DNA from: Paraspadella gotoi
Lineage: Eukaryota; Animalia; Chaetognatha
Assembly: GCA_051294375.1 (NCBI GenBank)
Contig: CM119265.1
Location: 7,015,489 to 7,079,488, forward strand
Length of the DNA: 64,000 bases
Direction of reading: 5' to 3'
Shown: positions 52,162-64,000 of the stretch, piece after piece
How the letters are laid out: the number at the start of each line of letters is the position of its first letter
Numbering within the stretch: position 1 is the stretch's first letter
Program-made: the position numbers and the translations under genes
The notes under the pieces: generated by a model
What the model was told of the DNA's origin: nothing
Databases searched by the model: none
The model's input: the letters and a program-made list of their open reading frames with translations, nothing else

Positions 52162-54452
52162 TGGCTCTCTCATCCTCTCCTATCTATTGTTGGTTGTTTT
52201 CCCCTCGCACATTTGCTTGAATCGAATTCAAGGCTATATCTTTTTCATTTCATCATCAGTTTTTGAGTTTGTTGTTTGACTTTTGGTTGTATTCTTTATT
52301 TACCGAAGAGAGTTTGAGAGTTCTTAGCACTACGTAATTAAAAACTAAGACTAGTTATATGTTGACAAGTTGTAGTAGTTTTTTCAAATAATACTACGAA
52401 AAAAAATCAGTGCATTAACAGTATAGAAGTAACGTGGGATTTCTGTATTTCTTTTTTTTACTTCCTTAGCTTCAGGACGAAAATTATGCAAATACATGGT
52501 ATTGTACAGTTTGAATGACTTTAGTTTTGATATACTAAAACGATATTTTGTTTATCAAATGTCGTGTAAATGAGAAGTGATTCTAAGAATACATTCCATA
52601 TCAAAATAATTTCTAACTTAATAAAGTGAAGTTTTCTTAGTACTTTGTTTTAGGAAAAATATTTTGTTTTATTATTGAAATTTTGTAATTTTAAAAGATA
52701 TCTAAATAAACGTCGTATATGCCTTAACTAATTTTATGTAAATATAATTATAAATCGCTATCATTCTAATATCCTTAAATTCTCAGCTATTAAGTAATTA
52801 ATAATTGATAATTAATTAATAAAGATAGAATTCTATACTGTTTATAAAGGAAATAGATCTTTGAAAACATAGTTACAATATCACCCAAAGTTAATTAAAT
52901 TAGCTGCTAATCTGTTTTTAAATTTGGTCGATAGTAATATGGTTTTGATAGTCCACGATATATAAAAATAATCAGGATAAGTGCAAGAAAAAAATATTAC
53001 AATATTTATTTAAAATCCGTTAAGTATCGCGCTCATATTCAATTCCAAGCTTCAGCTGTGATCTTTTGTCTCATCGAAGGATGGAATCACAAGGACTGAA
53101 TGAGTCCATCGGACAATGAATTTTTCGTGAATAAAACTTTACATGATTTCGAAGCAAAAACAACAAAGTTGCTGTAATTTTTTCCTACCAGATATATTGA
53201 GCTATGAAAATTGGTATTTAGCCCGAGATTATTGTTAGAAAATCGACCGAAACCAAAACTTCAAAATCTATTCGCGAAATGGCTTTGATTAGAAATTTAA
53301 TTCATTTTTCTAAACTTCTTTAGACGAGAGGATATTTTACCGACACTGACGTAAAAAAAAAACTCATTAAAAATAGTTATAGGAAAATTATTTTAAAAAA
53401 ACATGGATGAAATTCCAAAGCTATGATCTTTTTTTCCGTTGGAATAAATAGAATTATGTAGGCGTTTTGAGATTCATGCATTTCCGACAAGATGAAGATA
53501 AAATGCGGACGTGGCCTTATGGCCCCGTACACCAAAAAATCTAAAACAATTAACTTCAAAGGTTATAATTAATATAATTAATAGTTTTGTACATTAGTTT
53601 TGTTTTTCATAATTTAAATTTTTGGACAGATTTCATTATCACCACCAAGAAAATGGTCAATGATTGAGGAAAATTAAATGCATATGTAAGATATGCTTTT
53701 TTTAAAAATTCGACACAAATAATACCTGTGATAAATGAATACAATAATAAAGAATTTACAATTAATAACATTTAATTTGATATTATTAAAGATAGGATTA
53801 GTATCACACCCCTAACGAACTCAGTAATATAGCAGCATCTTGGTCATTTCAACAGGGTGCATTTAGAGAAATATATGCTCTTTTGCAGTCATTTATCAAA
53901 AGTTATCAAAGTTATCAAAAAAGTAATAAACAGTAGATTGGAGCTCTCGAGAACAAAAATTTGAATTAAGTGAACAAACAGACAAACAAACAGACGTGAG
54001 ATTATCGAAAAATAATTTTTTCAGATTGTTTTGGGAACAGTATCATAAAATACAATATATTTATAGTGATATTCTTGTAAAATAATAAATTTTTAAATAA
54101 TTTTTTGTAAATTTTTATTACAGATTCTGATTCTTCAAAAAAATTTATACCAAAAATATAAAGCATGTAATCAAAAATTACTGTTTTCAGTGTGAAAAAC
54201 GACAAAAGTCAAAATTTCCTACTTTTTTACGTTCTGTATTATATGACTATTATATGAAAAACGTTGTTCATTCTTGATTTCTTGCTATTTAGAAAGCTAG
54301 AGACTGAAACCGCCGAAACATCGCGCAAGACTCGTACTTGATCCACTGCACGTCTCATTGCTCCAATCTGCTCGACCTACGACACTCTCGCTCATCATCC
54401 CGACACACATCTAGTCAGTCCATACCGCCATCATGCTTTCCTATTTTTACTT

Positions 54453-54498
54453 AATGTACATGTTTGACTCTTCAGTTTTTGCGGTCTATCATCAGTCC
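54453..54498 (-). ncRNA. Inverted degenerate copy of the same hammerhead-like motif
   Basis: Reverse complement reads CTGATGA-TAGACC-GCAAAAACTGAA-GAGTC-AAACATGTACATT. Confidence 0.55.
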
Positions 54499-56438
54499 TC
54501 TGGCAGATTTTAATCATGCGAGGACTCATGAGGTGGAAAGCCTTTGGAATCTTTCGATCACCTGCATGCGGGCAGAGTCAGTCCTCTTCTGGTATCGGAA
54601 AGCAGACGATACCATCCTGGCCGGTGCGCAAAAGATCTCATTGAGACATTATTGACACCACCTGGAATGGCATAGAATGTAGCCATCAACGTGGACATTG
54701 TGAAAAGGAGCAGTGAATGCGTCAAATCATCCAATTCTCCATGCATCGCGATTAGTAGCTTATACAAGCGCCAAAGAGGGCGGGTCCATCATTGGAATTT
54801 TCAAATACTTATCGCCAAAACCCGACCCACCACTGACAGTTATATTCCCTTTGCATTCGCCATGCTCCCTTGTCGCATAAGCTGGGCCACGGTCAGTGTC
54901 CCTTACCAGGAAGAGCCAGGCTAGATTCCGTCGAACCCCGAGCTTCAGCGTCGCCGCAGCTTGAGCATATCAAAAAGAAGCCCTGGCGATAATGGTTACC
55001 CTCTCAGTGGGAGCGTTCGGAAGAAGGCCAGGTTTCGGCCCAGAACTTGGCTTGCAGGACCAGTGGCCACCAAGGTCGGCTGTCCAAGTTAACCTGACGC
55101 AAGTTTCAATCTCCACCCCCCAGCGAGGGCGAACGAGGAGAGACCCTTGCTGATTTGAAGGGACCGACCGCGCCCCACCACAGCGCAAGTGGGAGAAAAT
55201 AGACAGAAGCGTCTCAAAGAACTGGTGGGTCACTTTTGGTCCCTCCATACCTACCACCAGGGGGATCACTGAATTCATTTGGTGCGGTGCTGGCAAAGCA
55301 GGGGATCTCCAGTTCAGTGACGACCCGCGGCTCTTTACGTGAGCAATTGGTCGAAACCGAAAAGACAAAATCCCCAGACCGAAAAACATCAGGAGCCGTC
55401 TATTGGGCGTCCTGGTGCAGGAGCGGGCAACCAACCCCCCCCCCCCCCCCAAACCCCCCCCCCCCCCCCCCATGCACAGCAGACATACGTGGGCGAGACA
55501 GGAGGAAAAGTCTCATCTTCAGATAGGTTATCCAACAACATATCAAGCCTATCATCGCACCTACTTAGAGGCACAATCATAACCGTCTGCCAGTTGCCAG
55601 AAACACGCAACAACTATGGGACATTTTCAGAGAAGAAGACGTCTCGTGCTCTGTCCCATGACCAAAACTGTTCTCAAGAGGTATAGAGAGGCAATTTTAC
55701 ATCAAGGCACAGCCGAACCCTCTTTGAAACGTGATGGAGGACGATTCGAACTCCCTCCAAGCTATGATTCGCTTAAATCAAAACTGTGGTGGAGCACCCA
55801 ACCGCCACCTCAGCCGCACCGCGTGTCTTCCCTGTCCTCAACTCAACGGGTCAGGCGGAGGCCTCTCAGAGTCAATGGACGTCCGATGCCTCAACGAAGC
55901 TTGCAGGCAACTTGGCGCGACTCTTCTCGTGCTGGACGTCGCCCAAACGACAGCTACAAGAGGCAGGAGAGGAGGTTGTATCACCTGCCCCAAAACAGGC
56001 CCGAACAGTGCAATCGCCCACCTCACCGTCAGGTGAGAAGGAGCGGCCTTCGGCAGGCCTATCAGGCTGTCATGAGCAGATATTCGAGTGGCACTAGGCA
56101 ATTTTTCCACAGCCGGATCGAGTTAACCAGATCCAGCCCTGTCCCATTCCACGACAATATCATCTGGCCTATGGACAGGCCAATGACCCGACACATCGTT
56201 AACGTCCCACATTTTGCCCGGCTGGGGGGAGGCAAGCTCATTTTTGCAGCTCTTTTTCCTACCTTGACTATTTCACTTATCTTTAACTTATCTATCCTCA
56301 TCACTATTCTTCTATTTCATTTTTCTCTTACTAACAATCATCAGCTTAACAATTAATTATTATACTTTGTGTTAAAATATTTAGTTTTTCTAAAAAATTT
56401 TTCACTGTTGTAAACATTGCCTAATGTATTGACCCGGT

Positions 56439-56472
<34 letters not shown>

Positions 56473-56640
56473 TTTTTCTTTTCACCAATTTCAAAAATCA
56501 TTTACTCTCTCTTTCCCTACTTTCACCGTGTCCTTCACATCTGTACACTATCTCCCTTGCTCAATTCTTTGTTGGAAACTCTCTCTCTTCTCTCTCTCTC
56601 TCTTCAAACTAATGTTAAAAAATATTGGTCTATTGAATTC

Positions 56641-56690
56641 ACTTGCTGATTGAAGACTCGCAAAAAACTAAGAGTCGAAACATGTACATT
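56641..56690 (+). ncRNA. Minimal type-I hammerhead-ribozyme-like motif (degenerate)
   Basis: CTGATTGA-A-GACTC-loop-GAGTC-GAA-ACATGT-A: stem II, palindromic stem III, GUA cleavage triplet; stem I weak. Confidence 0.65.
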
Positions 56691-59600
56691 TAATAAATAA
56701 AATTGTATTTACAACGGAAATTTCGTTTCTCTTCTATATGACTATTATGAAAAACGTTTAAATCATTTTTTACAGCTTTAAGAAAAAGGGTCATTCAATT
56801 CAACTTCAAAATAGGCCAAAATGGAGTACAAATTCAGAAGGCTGAGCTCATGCCGATTCGAAAATGATTTCACTTTAAACATTTGATGCATTCTACGCCA
56901 TTTTATATCGGTTTTAATTATAATATAAAATAAAAGAAACCTATCTAAAGAGTTGCAGGTCAAACGAAAAAGCCAATCCATCTGATATTTTTATGAATTT
57001 TTTATTAGTGAATTCGAAAAATGTAATAGAGAGACATTTTTAAATTTCAACTTGTATCATTGAAAATGAAACATTTTTAACTTTAACCCTGAATTCTTCA
57101 TAACTGGAACGCGTTTATCAAAATGTCTCTCTATTACATTTTTACAAATGTTTTTAAGATTGCTAATCAAATTTTTAAATCAATATTATTGCAGTCATTT
57201 AGGCTGCAACTCTTCAAATTCAGTATAATTCACTGTAGCTCAAATTTCTTTACCATCTATTTTACTGAAGATTTTGTTCATGACTGGAAAACCAACAGAG
57301 TAACAAGATTAATTGTTTAATTCTCCCCTTCTAAATTATCCCTTACCGTATTTTTAACTTCTTACCTAGAATTTTTTAACATCAGATTGAAAAACTAATC
57401 TTTAAAAAATGTGCTTACCCATTTAACTTAACAATTTTGTTATTTACCGATTTAAAAAAATGATTGAAACAGAAATGTTTACATATAAAAAAAACTTATT
57501 ATTTTTTTGTGATTACTGATGACTATAATGTATTTCTCGATGTATTAGCTCTAATACATCAAAGTAGATTCCTCCATAAATTTTTAAATTTGTCAGAACG
57601 TTTTTCTCTTTTTTTCCATATTTTTTTGACACGCTAAACGTTTCTCTGATTACGCAAAATTTCATGAAAAAAATAAAAAATTAATAGTACCAATAGTTAG
57701 TGTTATGTCTCGAATAGATGGAAAAAAAACCTCGTTTAAAATTCGATCGGGAAGTGGGTAACTAAGGCTTACCAATGGTATCCTCCACGCCAATCGTTCT
57801 CTCAAATAATTTTTTTTATTTAATACATTTGAAAGGGAAAAAAGAAAAATTCAGAATGCAGGTTGCAGAAAGGGTACAGATAATCTGGACATACTGACAT
57901 GATAATCATGACCTTTTATGTCTTGTGAAAGAGGGGCAGTAAAGAAACCTAAAAATTTGATCATTAAGTCAGTCAATGAACCCTTTCCAATGGGCTATTC
58001 CGCGAAATTTTTTTTCTTAATTTAAACGGATGATAAGTAATAGAATTAAATTCCTTGTATAAAGTTGTTATATTTAAAAGAAAATTATCAATACAAATAA
58101 ACACAATGTCTTGCTTTGTCAAATATGTCGCCAGCTATGTAATTTTTTAAAATTTTATTATGATAAACAAGCAGCGTGTCAAGCTTTTTGTTTGCAGTTG
58201 AAGATATAAGGAAAATGACAATTTTTTTCACAGACAAGAAGTAGACGTCCAGCTGTTTATATCAATCTGAAAATTATTTTGTATTTATCATTTTTCATAT
58301 TTAAAAAAACATTTTATCCAGCTACTTCATAAATTTTTGCTTGTTTTTTACTTTAACTAAAAAATACAAGCAAATTTATAGAGTAGAGCAAATTTAATGG
58401 TAATCAAAATGTAATTTAGTCTTTCCTTTTTCAAATTACGAAAGAAGAAAAAAAATTTCACATGCCTTCATTGAAATTTTTAATGCAAAAAACTGTTATA
58501 CTTTTAACTCCGATTTAAATAAAAGCTGTGTAAATATTTATGGATAAAATTTAATAAAACTATTTCAGAGAGGTGTCCCATGATTAGGGTTTAATTTAAT
58601 ACCTCACCCACTTTCCTACATCTTTTCTTCCAAAGTTATTCAAGAAAATAACTTTTTTTACCGTGAGAGAACTAAGGATTTGAACTACGCAGTACAAATC
58701 TTTGTTAAATAAAAATTTCGGCAAAGAGGGAATATCTCAATTTATCCTATTTGTACAATACCTAAATTTTAAAATAAAACTTAAAGAAAAATTTTCCGTC
58801 CTCTAGAGACATATCACTTTCAGGTTTACCCATCGTCTTACACATTTATGGATTATGCTGGAAGAAATCAGCAAAACGTTTTCTCTTTTTTTTAAATAGT
58901 TTGTACTAGCGCGTCAGAAATCTAAGAAGAAACTCGAAAATTTTATTCTGACAAATTTTGCCTTTCAAGGCTGACGTTTATGACTACATCTCGGAAACCA
59001 TTGTAGGAAATTAAAAACGGTTTTTTTGAAGGAATATTGATATATTCATCCTCCAGGGACCGGCATAAAAATATATAAAAAAATTAACTAATATTGGCTC
59101 TCGAGTGAGGTATCTAATCAAAGATTACGCATTGTTATGCTGAATGACCTTTCCTCTTAACATAAAAATATTATAAAACATATTTTCCAAAAGTTTTTTA
59201 GTTTTATTCCGGCGAATCTGAAACTTCTTAAAATTAAAAAAAATATTATTTTGAAATTTTATGATTTTATAAGGATATTATTATAAAGAATATTCAATTT
59301 ATGATACTGTTATGAAAATTTTTTTAAAAAAAGGGCTTAATTATTTTTCATTTCATATACAAAGGCAGCAAAAAAAACATTGTTCAATAACTCAATCTTT
59401 TCATAACTCCGCCCTAATAAACAAATTACATTCCATTATATTTATTTATTTTATATTATATTCCATTATATTAAATTTATATTAACACCAAATTGTAAGG
59501 CAAACAAAATTATTTTTATCCTTTCTAACAAATTGTTTTCATGCTTTGCGATAAAAGCTGGACCTTACTGTATATTAACAAAATAAAATCGTAATGTTAT

Positions 59601-59933
59601 ATCGGGTTGGTCACATTTTAGAATATCAAATCTACTCGAAAAAATCCTACCATGGGGAGGCGCTTTTTAAAATTTCTACCTTGAGCGAGAGGTAACAAAA
59701 ATAGCTCATACAATCTCGAAACGATTGGTTTTCTCGTAAATCAACGGAAAGTTCGTGGTTTGTCAATGGAAAGATCGATTATTAGTTTGAAGTGGTCGGA
59801 CAATTACACTGATCGAAGCGTTTTCTAGCTGTCCAGCGAAATCCATTTCTGCTTTCTGACACGATGAGAGTCATCGATCTTGACTAGAATAAACCAGTTC
59901 GTGCTCTCCCCTTATCTGCTACATAAGTCCAGG

Positions 59934-61043
59934 ATGAGAGTCAATCCGGCAATTCTCGTTATTCTTGGAATTTTCTTTATCGTAATTCGCTTAACTGATC
60001 GCCTGCCGAAAATTTTCCGCCTTTTTCCTCATTTTCGCCAATCGAAGTCGGATAAACTCAAGGAACTATCTTTGGAAAACTCCATTCGCCTAGAAGATGC
60101 GCGAATCTGGTTGGGAAAGTGGCGCAGTATCGGCCGGGATGCCGCGCGGATGTCTCCATGTCCAGAAGGAGTTCGGCCCAAAATCGACGTTGTCGTGGTG
60201 ACCACTCCTCGTCGCGGATCTCGATTCCCGCTGACGCAGACCGCGACAAAGGTGAGTCGCCTCTCTCGGCGGCAATGCGCCTTTGACGTTCGCGTTATGC
60301 TCTGCGACGTCGGGGTCGACCGTCACCGCGAGGCCCGCGCATTGACTCCCGTTTTTCGTCGCATAAAAAAACCTCCGGACGGACAAATTACCGACGTTTT
60401 CGAAAAGGAAAAAAGGGATTACGTTTTCTGCTTGAATTCAACGGTCGAATCTGACTACGTCCTTATGTTAGAAGACGATGGATTTCCGGAGGACGACTTT
60501 TTCGACGTCCTCGACAGTGTGCTTCGGGTCCGAAGTATTAGGTACCCGGAATACGCCTCAGCTCTGTTTCTAAAGTTGCATCATCCTGAGCGTCTTTTGG
60601 GATATCTTAATCCCGAACCATGCCGGCTGTTGGAGTTGTTCGTATTAGCCACCGTCTCTGCCTCGGTTTTACTCAGTTGTTCAAAAACGGCGGTGCGATG
60701 GAGTTTTTGGACTCTTTTCGTTGTAATCGTCATTTTTCTCGAGTTGTTTGGACGCCCTAACTTGCTTCAATTGAGGCGTCTTCATCCTACATTGTACGTC
60801 GTTGCGCCGGCGCCCGATTGCTGCACCCTCGCGATTATGTTTCCTCGGCGTCATATTCGCGACGTTGTGGACGATTTGAACGTCATGACCTGCAACTACA
60901 AATTCCCTAAAGACGCGGCTCTTGATCGCATCAAGATTAGACATCCGTCGGAAGCGTATTCGATTCAACCGAACCTAGTCAAACACATTGGCTTGTACTC
61001 CACTTTAAGGAATAAAGCCACCGTAGATCCATTCAACGTTTGA
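59934..61043 (+). CDS. PGAP4: GPI-GalNAc transferase PGAP4 (TMEM246), intronless
   Basis: FEKEKRDYVFCL, VLMLEDD, LKLHHPERLLGYLNPEP..LLEL, GRPNLLQLRRL, PAPDCCTLAIMFP. Confidence 0.92.
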   Translation: MRVNPAILVILGIFFIVIRLTDRLPKIFRLFPHFRQSKSDKLKELSLENSIRLEDARIWLGKWRSIGRDAARMSPCPEGVRPKIDVVVVTTPRRGSRFPLTQTATKVSRLSRRQCAFDVRVMLCDVGVDRHREARALTPVFRRIKKPPDGQITDVFEKEKRDYVFCLNSTVESDYVLMLEDDGFPEDDFFDVLDSVLRVRSIRYPEYASALFLKLHHPERLLGYLNPEPCRLLELFVLATVSASVLLSCSKTAVRWSFWTLFVVIVIFLELFGRPNLLQLRRLHPTLYVVAPAPDCCTLAIMFPRRHIRDVVDDLNVMTCNYKFPKDAALDRIKIRHPSEAYSIQPNLVKHIGLYSTLRNKATVDPFNV

Positions 61044-61099
61044 TTAAATTATATTTAAATATATTTATTCTCTCACATTTAATTACAATCAAGTAAATG

Positions 61100-62896
61100 T
61101 TAATCATTCACAAACGAAGTTGAGGCAATTTGACTTTCGGAGTTATTCGTCGTGAATTCATGAAAAAAATTGTATCCGGTTCCTTTCCATCGTGTTATCT
61201 ATTATAAATAATGTAGAATCAGAAATATAGTATATAATTCTATATAACCCGTATTTTTACAATTGACCTGATTCTTTATTTCACTTCGAATCGCGCGGGC
61301 AGGATAGGCGTACAGAAAAAATGTTAAACTATGGTTCAACAGACAAAAATATTCAATTATAAACCACCATTGTTGATTTTCTTCCATCATGAAACTTTGA
61401 GAAACAGCCGCTGAAAGCAATGTTAGATTTTTTTATTTAGATTTTATAGGATTGTTTTAACTCAAGAACGGTAATTCCAATGTGTTGCGCCGCAGTGACT
61501 TTCTTTTCACGTGTATTTGCTTTTGATCACATGAATAATTTAAAAAAAACTTTACTTGACTGTGTATTTATAACATGCACTGCATCAAAATTCTTTCTTT
61601 TATTCCTTATAGTTTTAGGAATTCTTGAAAGCGGCGCGAGCAGTCCCTTAGATTTGATTTTTCTTTGTTTTAACAAATGAGCAACCAACTATAGACAAAT
61701 TATAACAATAACTTATTGTAAGTAGGATAGACCGACGGACAGACATACCGACAGACCGACTGAAAAGTGACTTATTGAGTTGCTCCGCGAGTACTCGCGG
61801 CATAACTAAAAATTGCCTTCTGTCTCAATCGTTCAATACTTGGAATCTCTGTGACTATATACAACACAGAGATACTGAGAACAAGTGCCAAAATCTGTTG
61901 TTCATTTTCTTTTCTTCCGGAATGCCGTGTATTGTTCATTTCCTTTTTGTTGTATAGTACACAGACAAGAATTGTCAAATTTCCTTATTAAAAAGTTAGA
62001 ACGTAAGTCACTTTACTAATAAATTAATTTTTTTTAAAATATAGTTTCATTAACTTACCTATAAAAACCAACAAAATGGGACACCACCTGTAAGTGATAC
62101 CTCGAATGATCGGAAGTACTGTGTAAGTGAAGTTTTGGGACAATTCCAGGGGATAATCAGAGAATGTATCGTTGAGATCTCCAGAAAATAAAGGTCGATG
62201 AGAAATACATCTGCGTTAGATAAAAAAAGTATCCTAACAGGCTAACTCTAAAAATATCTATTTAAACAAAGTTAACTTCACCTGTTATTCGATCCGTTCG
62301 GATACTTTTCAAAAATCATCGGTAAGTTTAGTGCCGTTACAATGAGGCTGATCGATGTGATAATGATGAATCTCCTTCTTTTTCCAATTTTTCTCTCAAC
62401 CTTCTTTGGGTAGGGCGAGTGTACATTGTACAATTATTAAATAAATTCATCCATAAAATCGAATTGAACATTAAACAAAATTACTCGAAAGGGAAAAAGG
62501 ACGCCGCTCGCTCTGTCCAGCGTCAGCGCTGCGATAATACAATTGCTTGCACCTTCAGTGGTGCTTAAAGCGAAGTTTGGAATTCGACAGGCGATGGAGG
62601 AAAGAACGAATGGCCAACCATAAAAGGCAGCGATTAATGTTTTCAATGTGACGTTGATTGAATCTGTTATGATTAAATATCAGTTGAAATGATAATATTT
62701 TGAGAAATTAAACTTCAACTCTACCGTAAACCGCCGTTGTTAGAAGATAAGGTGCCGAAGGGGAATCTTTTAATGAAGGTCTAGTCATTATAAATATGGC
62801 CAGAAAGTTTCCAACGTAAGCGACGATGGTAGACAAAGGAAAAAGAATAGTTTCCACTTTAAAGGGAATAACGATGTTTGGTTTTTGGAAATCCAT
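61100..62896 (-). CDS. Class A (rhodopsin-like) peptide-receptor-type GPCR, multi-exon, AT-rich
   Basis: YVGNFLAIFIMTRPSLKDSPSAPYL (TM1-2), IIAALTLDRA..V.FPF (TM3), LVLSISVLYIVTEIP (TM6), LNHSLTFFLY (TM7); internal exon limits uncertain. Confidence 0.75.
61728..61812 (-). mobile_element. Terminal fragment of a DINE-1/HINE-like element in a GPCR intron
   Basis: GAC(A/C/G)-type microsatellite next to the CCGCGAGTACTCGCGG palindrome and an A-run. Confidence 0.5.
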
Positions 62897-63201
62897 TGAA
62901 AATAAGCCACATGTATACTATGTTAGTTATATGATCGTTGTTTTAATTTTTAAGTTTCAAAACCACTTGTTGCAGGCATAAAAGTGCAGCTTTGAAATTT
63001 CCCAGTCCTTTTTATTTTTCTACCAAGCACCGATAAGAAAATTGTTTCGATCCATGCAAAAAGTTTCAAGGATTTACCTTGAATATAACCAATAATCCAA
63101 CAAATCTACTTGGTATTTATAAAACAAAGTAGTATTGTATTAATTTCTTTATCAAAATCAAATCCTTAAAGTTTATCATCTGTTTCGATAACTAAAAAGT
63201 T

Positions 63202-63273
63202 AGGGGACACCCGGGTTTGAACCGGGGACCTCTCGATCTGCAGTCGAATGCTCTACCACTGAGCTATATCCCC
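63202..63273 (-). tRNA. tRNA-Cys (GCA)
   Basis: Reverse complement GGGGATATAGCTCAGTGGTAGAGCATTCGACTGCAGATCGAGAGGTCCCCGGTTCAAACCCGGGTGTCCCCT forms a cloverleaf with A/B boxes; T5 terminator follows. Confidence 0.98.
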
Positions 63274-63707
63274 TTTGCTGGTATCATAACTTCAAAAACT
63301 TTACTTATGGCTTAAAGCAGTATTATTTTTATAATTACATTTATAAATAGTTGTAACTTTAAAGAGCTTAATTTTGTTTTATTATTCGGTCAATAATAGA
63401 ATCGTTATTATGGCGTTTCTTCGCTTTTGGCATCGGTAAATTATTCTTAAAAGGCGCTCAGCCTCGAACAAAAGATCGCGCGCCTTTTGGCTTTTCCTCT
63501 TCCCAGCGACGGCCTGGCGACAATCCTCGTTATGGCCTCTGTCCGGGAATCCCAGACGCTCCGGCGACCAACTCACTTCTAATTTTCTTTGTTTCAATGT
63601 CTTAAAATTGTTTTTCCAGTTACGCACAAAATTATGAGAAAACTAACTTAAGTTTTCCGTTAAAAAGTCCATTCGTAACTTTCAATTGTCTAATCCTGAA
63701 ACCAATC

Positions 63708-64000
63708 ATGAAAGAATCTCCGAAAACTTGCTCCACTCAGCCTCCCCCTCAGCCGGAGGAAATGGACATTGTGGCGGCGACGCAGTTCGGTTTCATCGAT
63801 CGCTGTCGCCAACTAATCGAGTCAAAGGTGGCTGACGTGAACCAGGTCGACTCCGAGGGCTGCTACCTTCTCCACTGGGCGGCGATTAACAACCGGACGC
63901 AGTTAATCGAGTACTTCATCTCTATCGGCGCCGTCATCGACCAGATCGGCGGCGAGCTGGAGGCGTCGCCGCTCCACTGGGCGACTCGTTCCGGTCATCT
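63708..64000 (+). CDS. ZDHHC17: Ankyrin-repeat palmitoyltransferase HIP14 (3'-partial; absent from the ORF track)
   Basis: DIVAATQFGFIDRCRQLIE...DVNQVDSEGCYLLHWAAINNR...GAVIDQIGGELEASPLHWATRSGH. Confidence 0.9.
   Translation, partial: MKESPKTCSTQPPPQPEEMDIVAATQFGFIDRCRQLIESKVADVNQVDSEGCYLLHWAAINNRTQLIEYFISIGAVIDQIGGELEASPLHWATRSGH

Larger units (their letters stand above)
54266..56734 (+). mobile_element. Decayed 5'-truncated Penelope-like retroelement (RT + GIY-YIG endonuclease remnants)
   Basis: Frameshifted motifs FWYRKADDT (YxDD), YR.KPTH-TDSYIPF...SHKL, GAVY...TYVGETG; 3' hammerhead-like motif and AATAAA; about 24-26 bp flanking duplication TATATGACTATTA(TA)TGAAAAACGTT at 54240 and 56735. 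Confidence 0.85.

Noticed and set aside
46626-52173. Long antisense ORFs (46626-47429, 51382-52173 and similar)
   Set aside because: Shadows of codon-biased sense genes

Overview
AT-rich, compact, intron-containing animal (probably invertebrate) genomic DNA read in the standard code. From 1 to about 52.2 kb, 16 consecutive protein-coding genes lie on the + strand: FLII (5'-partial), EFTUD2, WAPL, TSC2, a double-domain SSAT-like GNAT, an SV2-like MFS transporter, two tafazzins, RAB21, RPL7A, CDIPT, NOC4L, an orphan type-I membrane protein, a PWWP-IBD LEDGF/HDGFL2-like gene, a ParB/Srx-like 'DNRRL' protein and an hnRNP D/AB-like gene. Stop-to-start spacers are only about 125-640 bp, several lack AATAAA, and most carry an apparently unpaired 3' splice acceptor just upstream of the next ATG. 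This looks like one very long polycistronic unit resolved by spliced-leader trans-splicing (inference; no SL RNA gene seen). A repeat-rich gap follows, containing a decayed Penelope-like element with hammerhead motifs. After it come PGAP4, a minus-strand class A GPCR, tRNA-Cys(GCA) and the start of ZDHHC17. Introns hold DINE-1/HINE-like elements, a Tc1 remnant, a nested antisense membrane-protein gene, and two related, highly structured TRIM-like LTR mini-elements, one with a 5S-rRNA-like segment. Gene models were assembled by eye; exon boundaries are my reading and all family calls are from recognition, not database searches.
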